52,270 nucleotides of DNA from a virus (lineage: Duplodnaviria > Caudoviricetes): the IMG/VR virus record IMGVR_UViG_3300032173_000009, positions 1 to 52,270 of that record, one strand, 5' to 3'. Positions 26,356 to 36,459 of this stretch are shown here, piece by piece. Below the pieces are notes generated by a model. The model had not been told where the DNA came from. It did no database searches and saw only the letters and a list, made by a program, of their open reading frames with translations. The position numbers were made by a program, and so were the translations under genes. Position 1 is the first letter of the stretch; each line of letters begins with the position of its first letter.

Positions 26356-26567
26356 CCTGCGTCCACCGCTGGCTGATAGACAACCACAACTATGGCAGGT
26401 GCAAGCTCTGTGGAGCTGAGCGCCAGTTTGAGTCTACCTACGGGCATGATCAGGAGCTTGCCCTGCTCTTGACAAAGTGTCCATATCCTGTTACAAGTGA
26501 AGCAAGGTCAGGCAGCAACAAGGAGGGACTGGACCTGGCTACGAGGCAGTCATGGCCTCGGGTCTAG
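26352..26567 (+). CDS. small Zn-finger-like protein
   Basis: CVHRWLI...GRCKLCG; GTGA overlap. Confidence 0.55.
   Translation: MTCVHRWLIDNHNYGRCKLCGAERQFESTYGHDQELALLLTKCPYPVTSEARSGSNKEGLDLATRQSWPRV
26469..26497 (+). promoter_or_regulatory. candidate internal promoter for capsid genes
   Basis: TTGACA-17 bp-TACAAG with TG extension. Confidence 0.45.
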
Positions 26568-26866
26568 CATACCTCCAGAAGCTGAGAGACCTCCTCAGAG
26601 GCCTACCCTTCCTTTCCTCTACACAGATAGAAAAGATGACCCAGATGGCTCGTGGCCACGCTGGTGGCGTCGCTCGTGGGGCAAAGCTGCGGGAGTTTGA
26701 CTCGAGCTTGACGCCGATAGACGTGCGCCGGCTGTCAGATGCTAGGCTCAGGGCGCTACACTGGAGACTGCACCGCGACGGGAGGGTGGCGTCCGCCGCT
26801 CACCGCTACGCTTTGGCTGAGGTTAAGCGGCGAGGGCTCAAGGTCGCCTGCGAGGAGGAGGCCTAG
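26552..26866 (+). CDS. hypothetical protein
   Basis: GAGG SD; basic helical ORF. Confidence 0.5.
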   Translation: MASGLAYLQKLRDLLRGLPFLSSTQIEKMTQMARGHAGGVARGAKLREFDSSLTPIDVRRLSDARLRALHWRLHRDGRVASAAHRYALAEVKRRGLKVACEEEA

Positions 26867-28724
26867 TAGTGGATCAGAAGCAGGGCTAGACGACGAGGAG
26901 ATCTTGGACTTGCTGGCTTTGTCCGAGGCGAGGCAGTTTGCTTGGGAAGAGACTGAGAATGAGATCCGCAACCGCATCAAGGACCCAGGAGACTTTCAGC
27001 CGGACTCGTTCAGGCGTATTCAGCTACAGCATACGGGCAAGCCTGTTTTTGCCATCATCGGCAGGCTGAAGGGTGAGACTACGACCACCATCCAAGCCCT
27101 CCGATTCCCCAAAGATCAGTGGTCAGTGGGCGATGCTAAAGCCTGGGCAGCCGCTCATCCTATGAGCGAGCTGCTACCTGGGGAGGTTAGTGGTATGGAG
27201 TTTGCTGCCAAGACGGACAACGGCGAGGAGTACACCAGCGACGACTACCTGGTCGTGCCCGACCCCGACCTGCCGTCAACTTGGAAGCTGCGGATCAGGG
27301 AATATGTAGGAGGCACAAAGCAGATCACTCAGGCACAGTTAGGTAGGGCGGCCGCTGCCTTAAGTCCAGGTGGATTTCGTGGGCAGCCAGTACAGCTTAC
27401 TCCTGAGCAGCGACGCTCAGCTATCTCAAAACTGCGTGGCATGTATGCTGCACAGGGAGTTAAGCCAGAAGACATGCCGGCCCAGATAAGGGCCAGAGAG
27501 GAGGGTCTTATGGGCCTTGCTTCCGCCGCAGGCGAATGCCGCTTGCTGCTTGATCTCGCGCCTTACAAGGCGTCTGAGCCACCCGACTGGATTCAGGTTG
27601 TGCCAGCGCCTGGTACCTGGCAGCATCCGCGCTACGGCGAGATCAAGATCACTTCGCAGATACTAAAGGAGTTCAAGGCAAACTTCGACCGGACGGTTTA
27701 CCAGGAGCACATCCCCATCGACGCTGAGCACGAAACCAAAGCCTCCGGTGCTCTTGGGTACTACAAAGAGGTCAAGGTTGGTGGCCCAGATGGCGAGGGG
27801 GGGCTCTGGGCTCGGGTGGACTGGACGGACCGGGGCGAGGAACTGCTCAAGACCGAGCGCTTCAAGTACTTCTCGCCTGAGTGGTTCGACGAGTGGAAGG
27901 ACCCAGCGACAGGGCAGGTTTTCAAGAACGTCCTTATCGGAGGTGCACTGACAACGCGGCCTTTCTTCAAGGACCAGGCCCTTAAGCCCCTCGTGGCTTC
28001 TGATGGCTTCTTATGGGAGGTGAGCCTAGACGATGGTGGTAATGAAGACTGGGTAGAACTTAAGCAGGGCAGCCTAGACCCTGCTGACGTTCACGAGGAC
28101 AAACTGGTAGTTATTCACCGAAAGCGAGGCAGTCTATTGAGCACTAAGTACACAGAGGACCAGCTCACTGAGTTGGTCGATGAGCGGGTGGCTGAGGCCA
28201 CAAAGACCTTCAAGGATGAGCTGGAGAAAGCCAAGACAGCGGCTGAGACCTATAAGGCTGCGGCTGAAGAGAGCAAGAAGGGGCTAGAGACTGCGACTGG
28301 ACGTATCGCCGAGCTTGAGTCCCAGGCTCTGCACCGTGCCTTCACGGACCTCATCCTGGGCCGCGACCCGTCTGCCGACGGCGCTCCGCCCTTTGTCGGA
28401 GAGCCGAAGTCCCATATGGACATGATGCTCCTTATCGCTGAGGCAAAGGGCATCGGTCCTGAGCTGAAGGCCTACGTGGATCAGCAGCGGGCTCACGCCA
28501 AGCAGCTCAAGGAGGCTGGTCTCTTCAAGGAGATCGGCACGAGTGGCGGCGAGACACCAGCCTCGGTCAAGGAAGAGTTTGAGCAGGCTGCAAAGGCGGC
28601 GATGGAGGCCAACGCGAAGTTGACCTATGCGGAAGCCGTCCAGAAGATCGCAACTGAGCAGCCAGGCCTGTATGACCGGTACGACCGGGAGATCACAGGC
28701 CGCAAGTTTTCGTTTAGCGGCTAG
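26739..28724 (+). CDS. Mu-like prohead protease/scaffold with two extra N-terminal domains
   Basis: WIQVVP-PGTWQHPRYG, IPIDAEH, GLWARVDWT, YFSPEW, GGALTTRPF; C-terminal coiled coil; true start probably TTG near 26910. Confidence 0.85.
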   Translation: MLGSGRYTGDCTATGGWRPPLTATLWLRLSGEGSRSPARRRPSSGSEAGLDDEEILDLLALSEARQFAWEETENEIRNRIKDPGDFQPDSFRRIQLQHTGKPVFAIIGRLKGETTTTIQALRFPKDQWSVGDAKAWAAAHPMSELLPGEVSGMEFAAKTDNGEEYTSDDYLVVPDPDLPSTWKLRIREYVGGTKQITQAQLGRAAAALSPGGFRGQPVQLTPEQRRSAISKLRGMYAAQGVKPEDMPAQIRAREEGLMGLASAAGECRLLLDLAPYKASEPPDWIQVVPAPGTWQHPRYGEIKITSQILKEFKANFDRTVYQEHIPIDAEHETKASGALGYYKEVKVGGPDGEGGLWARVDWTDRGEELLKTERFKYFSPEWFDEWKDPATGQVFKNVLIGGALTTRPFFKDQALKPLVASDGFLWEVSLDDGGNEDWVELKQGSLDPADVHEDKLVVIHRKRGSLLSTKYTEDQLTELVDERVAEATKTFKDELEKAKTAAETYKAAAEESKKGLETATGRIAELESQALHRAFTDLILGRDPSADGAPPFVGEPKSHMDMMLLIAEAKGIGPELKAYVDQQRAHAKQLKEAGLFKEIGTSGGETPASVKEEFEQAAKAAMEANAKLTYAEAVQKIATEQPGLYDRYDREITGRKFSFSG

Positions 28725-28777
28725 ACCCTCATAGTGGGGAAGGCACCCAGCAATGGGCTGCCAGGAGGTAAAAGACA

Positions 28778-29182
28778 TTGGCGGTTGAGAAGAAAATCAA
28801 CAGTATCACGTTCCCTGCGGCAGGGGACCTGAGCTCCTACCAGTTCCACATCGTCGGAGTCGAGAGCGATGGCCAGATCAACGTCATGGGTTCGGCTACG
28901 GGCTATGGCACTCCTATCCTGGGGGTGCTGCTCAACAAGCCTGCTGCCGCAGACAGGGCAGCCGAGGTGGCCATCGTCGGCAGTCACACCAAGGTCCACG
29001 CTAACTCGGCCATCGACGAGGGCCAGTTGATCACCGTTGGGGTGGTCGGCGCTGTTGGCTGGGGCTCAACCTTCACCGGTGCCGGCACGCAGTGGGTGCT
29101 TGGCATCTGCACCGAGGCCGCTTCCGGCTCCGGTGGCTACGCAGGGGTCGTGGTCAACCCATACTGGCACTGCCAGGCGTAA
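28778..29182 (+). CDS. capsid cement/decoration protein (DUF2190-like)
   Basis: AAGDLSSYQFHIV, ILGVLLNKP; between scaffold and capsid. Confidence 0.75.
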   Translation: MAVEKKINSITFPAAGDLSSYQFHIVGVESDGQINVMGSATGYGTPILGVLLNKPAAADRAAEVAIVGSHTKVHANSAIDEGQLITVGVVGAVGWGSTFTGAGTQWVLGICTEAASGSGGYAGVVVNPYWHCQA

Positions 29183-29211
29183 GAGCCTGAGTAAGTAAAG
29201 GAGGTAGCGAT

Positions 29212-30213
29212 TTGCCGAATCAGCCTGACGTGGGCGATGTGCACGCCAACGCGCTGTTGACACAGATCAGCATCGCCCATATTCAACAGCCCAACGCCTT
29301 TGTGGCGGACAAGGTCTTCCCTCTTGTGGGGGTGGACAAGCAGTCGGACATCTACCTGAAGTACACTCGTGGTGACTTCATGGTAGACCCTGGCGAGCAG
29401 ATGACGCGTGCTCCCAATACCCGCGCAGCCCTCGTGGGCTACGGGGTAGACAAGACCAACACGTACTACTGCCGCAACCAGGCCATCGGTATGGAGATCA
29501 GCGACGAGCTTCGGGGCAACGCCGATGCAGTGTTCCAGCTTGACCAGGAAGTGACAACGCTCCTCAGCCAGATTCACTTGATCCGGCGGGAGCGCCTGCT
29601 CGCTGCTGCGGCCTTCGCTGGTAGCCAGTGGCTTGGTGGGACAGGTGGCACGGATGTGGACGTGACAGATGGGAGTCATGGTGGTGCTCGCTGGCAGGAC
29701 TACGGTGCCTCGGACCCCATCGGCGACATTGAGCTGGAGAAGGACACAGTAGAGCTGGCTTCTGGTGTGCTTTGCAACAAGCTCATCATGGGAGCCATCG
29801 TGTGGCGTCGGCTAAAGCACCACCCGGACTTCATCGACCTGATCAAGTATGGGGCTGCAGCAGCCAACCCGGCCATGATAACGCCGAACCTCCTGGCCCA
29901 GATTCTGGAGCTTGACGAGGTCCTGGTCTCCAGGGCCATCTACAAGACCTCCGTCGAAGGTGTGACTTTGACGCTGGGCCGGGTCATCGACGACGATGCT
30001 CTCCTGTGCTACGTACCCACGGCACCTGGACTCCTCGTGCCGGCGGCAGGGTACACCTTCTTCTGGAGGCCGCTGACAGGAGGCGCTATCCAGTTTGCAC
30101 GAAAGGGCCGGCAGGAGCGAGAGCGCTACGATTGGATCGAGGTCCACAGCTACCTGACCCACGTGCTGACGGAGGCTTACGCCGGAGCGTTCTTCGCCGA
30201 CTGCGTGAACTAG
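29212..30213 (+). CDS. major capsid protein
   Basis: DVHANALLTQISIA..Q..FVADKVFPLVGVDKQSD; size and position. Confidence 0.9.
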   Translation: MPNQPDVGDVHANALLTQISIAHIQQPNAFVADKVFPLVGVDKQSDIYLKYTRGDFMVDPGEQMTRAPNTRAALVGYGVDKTNTYYCRNQAIGMEISDELRGNADAVFQLDQEVTTLLSQIHLIRRERLLAAAAFAGSQWLGGTGGTDVDVTDGSHGGARWQDYGASDPIGDIELEKDTVELASGVLCNKLIMGAIVWRRLKHHPDFIDLIKYGAAAANPAMITPNLLAQILELDEVLVSRAIYKTSVEGVTLTLGRVIDDDALLCYVPTAPGLLVPAAGYTFFWRPLTGGAIQFARKGRQERERYDWIEVHSYLTHVLTEAYAGAFFADCVN

Positions 30214-30232
30214 GCAAGGAGGTAAGGCAGGG

Positions 30233-30697
30233 ATGGGTAAGAAGGTCTGGGCGAGTGACCCGAACCTAAGGGAGTATGGTGGCAAACTGCTGGAGCGCGG
30301 ACAGGTCTTTGAGCTGATAGGCCTCCGCAACGACCAAAAGCTCCTAGGCCAGAATGCGCTCCAGCGGGTGTACTGCGGCCCGGTAGATAAGAGCACGCCC
30401 TTATGGGAGTGTCCGAAGTGCGGGGAGAGCTTCTACGGAGCCGATGTGACGTCTCCATTCCCCTCGCAGCACCTGAAGCGCTCGCACGCTGAGGACGCCG
30501 CTGCCAACTTAACCGGGCCGCAGCTTAAGCAACGCAGGTCCACCAAGGCACTCTCAGATGAGGAGATAGAGAAGAGCGAGGTGGCACCAGACGTCAATCC
30601 CGAAGGGAATCCGCTGGACACCTCACCACTACCAACTCGGATGAGGATGTCGAAGCAGGGCCTAGAAGTACTGGAGCGGGAGAAGACCCCGACTTAG
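30233..30697 (+). CDS. hypothetical protein with C2H2-like zinc finger
   Basis: CPKCG...HLKRSH. Confidence 0.65.
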   Translation: MGKKVWASDPNLREYGGKLLERGQVFELIGLRNDQKLLGQNALQRVYCGPVDKSTPLWECPKCGESFYGADVTSPFPSQHLKRSHAEDAAANLTGPQLKQRRSTKALSDEEIEKSEVAPDVNPEGNPLDTSPLPTRMRMSKQGLEVLEREKTPT

Positions 30698-30739
30698 CCT
30701 AGCATGGAGGTGACGAGGCGAGAAAGGTAGGTACAAGGA

Positions 30740-31024
30740 ATGGGTCTTGAGAAAGAACGGCGAGCGTTCCGGGTCAAGGGCAACCTCACCTGCGGCAAGA
30801 CCATTAGCGCCGCTGGCACGGTTGACCAGCACTCCTACGCACTGCGCGTGCCAGTCTCGACGGGCACAGCGAAGCTGACCGCTGCTCAGCTTGGCACTGA
30901 CAGTGGGAAAGTGATGCTTGGGTACCAGCTCGGCACGGTCTATCTGGGTTTCGTGGTCAACGGCACACCATTCTATCTGCAGGCTGTTAATGGAGGCAGT
31001 GCAACCCTTGGTATAGCGACATAG
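30740..31024 (+). CDS. hypothetical virion protein
   Basis: Beta-rich ORF in head module. Confidence 0.6.
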   Translation: MGLEKERRAFRVKGNLTCGKTISAAGTVDQHSYALRVPVSTGTAKLTAAQLGTDSGKVMLGYQLGTVYLGFVVNGTPFYLQAVNGGSATLGIAT

Positions 31025-31034
31025 GGGAGAGCCG

Positions 31035-31361
31035 ATGCTGGACACGTTCGGGACGAATACATTCTCTCAGTCTGTCGTCCAGATTGGGTCCGCTGGCGGC
31101 ACCATTGTCGCTGCCAACGCGAATCGACGCTACCTTGCGATCCAGCACGTGGGTGCCGCTGGGAGTTTGTGGTTGCAGTTTGGTACAGCCTTACCTACAG
31201 CTTTGGAGTCGGTGATAGTAACACCAAGCAACAGCTTCCAGATGACGATGGGAGCAGGAAATGTCTACACTGGGCCGGTGACTGGTAAGGCTACCAACCA
31301 GGGTGCTGGCTCCATCCCCGTGGCTGTAGTGCAAGGTACTGTAAGGATTATGGGCACATGA
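31035..31361 (+). CDS. hypothetical virion (decoration-like) protein
   Basis: IVAANANRRYLAIQ beta-rich pattern. Confidence 0.65.
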   Translation: MLDTFGTNTFSQSVVQIGSAGGTIVAANANRRYLAIQHVGAAGSLWLQFGTALPTALESVIVTPSNSFQMTMGAGNVYTGPVTGKATNQGAGSIPVAVVQGTVRIMGT

Positions 31362-31379
31362 GAAAGGAGTCAAACGAGG

Positions 31380-32213
31380 ATGCCCAAGATAGGATTCATT
31401 CAGGACTTTAGGCTGGCTGCGAGGCCTGGGGGGGCGCAGGAAGTTGCTGAAGAGATATTGCGTCGCTCTCCTTCGGCCACCAGCACGGTCGTTTACTGCC
31501 CGCCAGGGCAGGTGAAAGGGGCGACCTGCGACGGGTATCTTGTAGGCAACTTCCTGCGCTATACTCCTGAGGAGATGGAGGAGGTCCTCTCCAAGCCCTT
31601 TGCCGTTTACGTCTTCGGCTGGTGGGCGGATAGCCACCCACTGCAGGACCGCTACCGGCAGCGCCTCATCGAGGAGGCCGGGCTAGTCGTCTGGGATTCG
31701 CCCTTCCACAAGGACTACTTTCTGAAACTCTGGCCACTGGAGCCCAAGGGCCGGGTGGAGGTCGTTCCCTGTCCAATGGACTACCGGGGTCTGCTTGAGG
31801 TGAATCCTCCACCCCTTGACGTTAGGCCGACGGACTGTCTGTGGTGGGGCGAGTTGCACCCGTTCCAAGGCTTCGATGTCTCGTGCAGATGGGCTGAGAA
31901 CAATGAGCGGCACCTGAACCTTTTCGGTATCGGGCAGTTTCCAGCACCCACTCAGTTTGTCCATCCACAAGGCACGTTTGCCTCTGACCAGCGGACGCGG
32001 ATACTCTACGACCACAGGTGCTTCCCTTACTTCCCACGCCGGCCGAGTGGCTTCTCGCTGGCGATGCTGGAGGCTTACCTAGCAGGGCTGGAGCTGGTCT
32101 ACTCAGGCCGCATTGGTATCTTCTCATTCAAGAAACCGCTGGAAGCGGTGGCTGAGGATTGCTGCCAAGCTGGCGAGCGCCTGTGGCAGCTAGTGGAAGG
32201 AGCCTTATCGTGA
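31380..32213 (+). CDS. glycosyltransferase-like protein (GT-B)
   Basis: GGAQ N-terminal loop; FSLAMLEAYLAGL GT4-like motif. Confidence 0.65.
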   Translation: MPKIGFIQDFRLAARPGGAQEVAEEILRRSPSATSTVVYCPPGQVKGATCDGYLVGNFLRYTPEEMEEVLSKPFAVYVFGWWADSHPLQDRYRQRLIEEAGLVVWDSPFHKDYFLKLWPLEPKGRVEVVPCPMDYRGLLEVNPPPLDVRPTDCLWWGELHPFQGFDVSCRWAENNERHLNLFGIGQFPAPTQFVHPQGTFASDQRTRILYDHRCFPYFPRRPSGFSLAMLEAYLAGLELVYSGRIGIFSFKKPLEAVAEDCCQAGERLWQLVEGALS

Positions 32214-33541
32214 GAGTCCTTCTCGTTAATCCCTACACACCTTACCTCTGGGCGCCGAGGATGATGCCGATGCTGGGTATTCTTCATATTGCCTCTGCTC
32301 TCAGAACCTGGGCCGGTGTTGAGCCTGAGTTTTGGGACTGTAACTACCACAAAGGCGACCCCCCTGCCTGTGACATTCTCATGGTGACGGCCAACTCAGG
32401 CACCTATGCTGAGGCTGAGCGCCTTGCTCGGAGAATCCCTGCCAGACTCACGGTGGTGGGCGGTCCCCACCCAACGAGTATGCCGGAGCAGTGCCTCACA
32501 AGCAAGTCTCCGTTCGGCGTGGCGGTGATGGGAGAGGGGGAAGAGACAGCCGCTGCCATCGTCAACCGCTGGCGAGTCCACCAAAGCAGGTACGACTTAG
32601 CAGACATAGGGGGACTAGCCCTGCGCTTACCTGACGGACGGGTTAAGCGCAACCCACTCCGCCCCCTGCTAGATATCAACCGCATTCCCTGGCCAGCCTA
32701 CGACCTCTGGCCGGAGCTGGGTGACGTGTCTGTTGTGGATTCTAAGGGGCACCCTGCTGGTCCTGGCTGCTCCTTCTTTACCAGCCGAGGATGTCCGTTC
32801 GACTGCAATTTCTGCGACCTTGAGATGTGGCGGCGGACAGTTAGGTTCCGGGAAGTGAAGGACTGTCTGGCTGAGATTGACTACCTGAGGGAACGTTTTG
32901 GCATAACTCACCTGCGTATCCAGGACGATACCTGCAACTTGAGGAAGGACCGCTGGGCTGAGTTGTGCCAGGGCTTCAAGGAGAGGGGCCTCACCTGGCG
33001 GGCGCACACCCGGACAGACCATGTCAGCCTTGAAGAGTTCAAGATGATAGCCGACTGCGGCTGCGTCGAGATTGGGCTTGGTATCGAGTCAGGTAGCCAG
33101 AAGATGCTCGACCTAATGAACAAGCGTAACACGGTTGAGAATCATGCCAATGCCATTGCTTGGGCCAAGGAGGCAGGGCTACACCCCAGGGCCTACATCA
33201 TCATCGGCTTTCCTGGCGAGACCTGGGAGACCTGTCGAGAGACAGTCGCCTTCCTGAAAGAAACGCGTCCTCACCAAGTGACTTTCTCAACCTTTGTTCC
33301 CTACCCCGGCTGCGCGGTTTGGCGTAGTCCAGAGAAGTTCGGGGTCACTATCCGCAGCCAGGACTGGGACAAGTACTGGTTGATAGGGCTGGAGGAGACA
33401 GAGGAGGGCTTCATCGCTGAGTATCCAGAGATGCCGAGGGAGGAGCTGGTAAAGGCTCGCCGCTGGATGCTGAACGAGTTTGAGAAGGAGTTCGGCTCAC
33501 GTGACCGCAGGTCAGAAATGGAGTGTGCCTGCAGTGAATGA
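32210..33541 (+). CDS. cobalamin-binding (class B) radical SAM enzyme
   Basis: VLLVNP, PMLGILHIAS, VVGGPHPT, GEGE, TSRGCPFDCNFC, GIESGSQ, IIGFPGET, PYPG. Confidence 0.92.
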   Translation: MRVLLVNPYTPYLWAPRMMPMLGILHIASALRTWAGVEPEFWDCNYHKGDPPACDILMVTANSGTYAEAERLARRIPARLTVVGGPHPTSMPEQCLTSKSPFGVAVMGEGEETAAAIVNRWRVHQSRYDLADIGGLALRLPDGRVKRNPLRPLLDINRIPWPAYDLWPELGDVSVVDSKGHPAGPGCSFFTSRGCPFDCNFCDLEMWRRTVRFREVKDCLAEIDYLRERFGITHLRIQDDTCNLRKDRWAELCQGFKERGLTWRAHTRTDHVSLEEFKMIADCGCVEIGLGIESGSQKMLDLMNKRNTVENHANAIAWAKEAGLHPRAYIIIGFPGETWETCRETVAFLKETRPHQVTFSTFVPYPGCAVWRSPEKFGVTIRSQDWDKYWLIGLEETEEGFIAEYPEMPREELVKARRWMLNEFEKEFGSRDRRSEMECACSE

Positions 33542-34250
33542 CCGCCTGACTAAGCTGCCGGCTTTGGAGATGCCGGTGCCAATGTGGAATAAGCCGTACG
33601 ACCCTAAAGAGATGCGCTACTTGTGGGAGGAGACCGCACTGCTGCTCTCGGAGACCGAGCTTATGCCAGTGGACGGCAATCGTTTCTGGGAATATGGCCG
33701 GGTACTCAACTTCTGTAGCCACCATTTGGCTTGCCCCTGCCAGGTCTTAGATGTCGGCGGTGCAGGGTCAACGCTGCCTGCTGCCATTACTTGTTTGGGC
33801 CACACTGTCATTGTGCTCGACATCAATCCCGAAGGGGCCAGCAAGGTGGCCGATCTTCGCTCTGCGGGGTACGACCGGGTCTTCTGGCGTTATGGTCGTG
33901 CCGAGGACCTTCCCTTCCCTGACGGGGTCTTCGATTGCGTGGCCTGTATCTCAGTGCTTGAGCACCTATCAGATGACAGGCCAGCGCTCAAGGAGATGGT
34001 GCGAGTGCTAAAGCCGAAAGGCTACCTTGTCCTGAGCTTTGACTTCGTAAAAGAGGCCCGTGCGCCCAGCCGTCACCAGCTCCATCTCTATTCTGAGGCC
34101 GAGGTGCTAGACCTCATCGGGTGGCTGGATATGCAAGGACTGGAGCCGGTCGAGCCCTATGACTACAGCTATGCTGGCGAGCACATCCACTGTTATGGCG
34201 ACCATGATAGCGTCTGCAACGGAGCAATGCTGATATGTCAGAAGAGCTAA
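33534..34250 (+). CDS. class I SAM-dependent methyltransferase
   Basis: RFWEY, VLDVGGAGS, LPFPDGVFD, SVLEHL, EMVRVLKPKG; start uncertain. Confidence 0.88.
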   Translation: MNDRLTKLPALEMPVPMWNKPYDPKEMRYLWEETALLLSETELMPVDGNRFWEYGRVLNFCSHHLACPCQVLDVGGAGSTLPAAITCLGHTVIVLDINPEGASKVADLRSAGYDRVFWRYGRAEDLPFPDGVFDCVACISVLEHLSDDRPALKEMVRVLKPKGYLVLSFDFVKEARAPSRHQLHLYSEAEVLDLIGWLDMQGLEPVEPYDYSYAGEHIHCYGDHDSVCNGAMLICQKS

Positions 34251-35203
34251 GGGTCACCATAGTCAGCTCTTGGGACGAGCGCTGCGGCAATGCGGTCTAT
34301 GCGGAGAACCTCGCCAAGTCGCTCACTCCCTACCCAGTCAAGGTCATAGTCGTGCCAGCCAGCGCCTCTCCTTATGGCTTTGAGGGGCTAGGCATGGACG
34401 TGGCCATCTTCAACTATGCCAGCGGCATGACCATGAACCCGTTGTGGGTTGATGCCTTCCCTCGGTTTTCTGTGAAGAAGGTGCTAATCAAGCAGGAGAC
34501 GACCATCGACAGAAACCGCTCGTCCTTCACGGACGCCTTCAACGCCGTTGTGGTGCACCACAAGGAGGTAGTGCACGAGGCGTCTAACTTCCACTACATC
34601 CCGCATGGCATTCTTGAGGTTGAGGACCTCGCTCCACCGCCAGTTGGACTAGTGGTTGGCACGGCTGGCATTCCTCACCCATGGAAGGGTCACGTTGGTA
34701 TCTGCAAAGCCGTCGCCCTGATCCCTGAGGCCAAGGCCTTCTTCCTCATGCCTGAGAGTCGTCATGGCGACGCTAAGGGAATCGCCGCTGCCTGCCGAGA
34801 AGTTCTACCACCAGAGCGCCTCACCATCGTTCACGACTGGCTGCCGAACACTGAGGTTGTGAGGGTGCTAGCCAGGGAGACGTCAGTCTGCGCTTTCGGT
34901 GACACTTCCTGGTATTGGGCAGCCGGTGTATCAGGCTGCGTTCGGCTGGCTACTGCTGCCCACCGACCTGTCGTAGTGCCTGACATCTGGCACTTCCGAG
35001 ACATCAAGGAGCATGCCTACGTATGTGACACAAGAAACAGCAGTGAGTTAGCTGAGACGCTCAAGCGGGCATACTCCTGGGCGGTGACCACGCAGTTGGA
35101 TACCTGGACTCCGCTGCTACAGGAGATGGGCTGGTCGGTGGTAGGTAGGGAATTCTATGAGCTACTGCTAAGAGTAGCAGAGAAGAAAGGAGTCACAGTT
35201 TGA
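34235..35203 (+). CDS. glycosyltransferase (GT-B/GT4-like)
   Basis: CGNAVYAENL, YIPHG, PWKG, SGCVRLA..AHRPVV, GWSVVGREF. Confidence 0.78.
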   Translation: MSEELRVTIVSSWDERCGNAVYAENLAKSLTPYPVKVIVVPASASPYGFEGLGMDVAIFNYASGMTMNPLWVDAFPRFSVKKVLIKQETTIDRNRSSFTDAFNAVVVHHKEVVHEASNFHYIPHGILEVEDLAPPPVGLVVGTAGIPHPWKGHVGICKAVALIPEAKAFFLMPESRHGDAKGIAAACREVLPPERLTIVHDWLPNTEVVRVLARETSVCAFGDTSWYWAAGVSGCVRLATAAHRPVVVPDIWHFRDIKEHAYVCDTRNSSELAETLKRAYSWAVTTQLDTWTPLLQEMGWSVVGREFYELLLRVAEKKGVTV

Positions 35204-36459
35204 AGCCTCTGAGAATACTGTACATGGCCAACGCACCCTGGTGCGGGACTGGCTATGGTACGCAGTCGAACAGCCTCTTGCCCCGCCTTAGCCGCCTGGA
35301 CTCCGTGGATGATGCTGCCATGTTCGCTTTCTACGGAGTCCAGGGTGGCATCACGAGGCAGCATATCGGCAACGAGCAGGCTGGGTATATGGACCTGACC
35401 TGCTACCCGCTCAAGGCCGATATGTGGGGCAACGACATCGTGACGACCTGGGCGCATGACTTCAAGGCCGACCTGATTGTGACGCTGGTGGACATCTGGG
35501 TCCTTGATGTGGTTCAGTATGGAGCCAGTGGCTTCTACTGGCTGCCTTGGATGCCTATCGACCATGACCCAGTCCCTCCCGATGTGCTAGAGCACTGCAA
35601 GGCAGCTTACCTACCCCTCACCTACACTCGCTTTGCTGAGAAGGAGCTCTGGCGCAATGGGGTAGAGAATGCTTACATTCCTCACGGTATTGAGAGCCAA
35701 GTCTTCGAGCCTCTGCCACAGGACGAGAGGGAGAAGTGTAAGGAGATGCTGGGCTTTCCTCCTGACTGCTTCCTTGTAGGCTGCGTGGGAGCGAACAAGG
35801 GCTGGCCTGACCGCAAGGGCTTCCAGTGGCTCTTTGAAGCCTTCCAGCGATTCTCCAGCCGTCACGAGAAGGCTCGCCTCTATGTCCATAGCATAGTCGA
35901 GCGCATTTATGGCGGCCCAGACCTTGTGGGCATGGCAAGGGTCTCTGGCATAGCTGAGCAGACGCGCTTCCCTATGCCAAACAAGGTACTCCTCAACTGT
36001 CCGACCGAGTGGATGGTGAGGATGTATAACGCTTTCGACGTGTTCTGCTTGCCGACGATGGGTGAAGGCTTTGGCATCCCCCTCCTGGAAGCACAGGCCT
36101 GCGGCTGTCCGGTTATCACCACTGACTTCGCTGGGGGTGCTGAGTTGGCTCGTGAGACTGGCTGGCTTGTTCCACTAGCAGCGAAGTTTATGACTCCCTT
36201 GCTGAGCTGGCAAGCTGTTCCTTCGGTAGAGGGGCTGGAGATATGCCTGGATGCTGCCTATGACGATGCCAAGAACCCGCTACGCCGGCAGCGAGCACGC
36301 GAGTTCTCCCTACAGTACGACTGGGATGAAGTAGCCCAGAAACAGTGGACACCGCTTCTGGCGGAACTAGCAGAACGTATCGAGCCTAAGACGATTCGGA
36401 GAGAGCCGTGTCTTACTCAGCCTATGAGCTTACAGCCGGAACTAGTTGCCTCAACCTAG
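35200..36459 (+). CDS. glycosyltransferase family 4
   Basis: TGYGTQ, YIPHG, DRKG, MYNAFD..PTMGEGFGIPLLEAQACGCPVI. Confidence 0.92.
   Translation: MKPLRILYMANAPWCGTGYGTQSNSLLPRLSRLDSVDDAAMFAFYGVQGGITRQHIGNEQAGYMDLTCYPLKADMWGNDIVTTWAHDFKADLIVTLVDIWVLDVVQYGASGFYWLPWMPIDHDPVPPDVLEHCKAAYLPLTYTRFAEKELWRNGVENAYIPHGIESQVFEPLPQDEREKCKEMLGFPPDCFLVGCVGANKGWPDRKGFQWLFEAFQRFSSRHEKARLYVHSIVERIYGGPDLVGMARVSGIAEQTRFPMPNKVLLNCPTEWMVRMYNAFDVFCLPTMGEGFGIPLLEAQACGCPVITTDFAGGAELARETGWLVPLAAKFMTPLLSWQAVPSVEGLEICLDAAYDDAKNPLRRQRAREFSLQYDWDEVAQKQWTPLLAELAERIEPKTIRREPCLTQPMSLQPELVAST

Noticed and set aside
26850-26915. Programmed frameshift joining 26552-26866 to the protease ORF
   Set aside because: No slippery sequence recognised; a TTG start near 26910 after GAGGAG explains the downstream gene.
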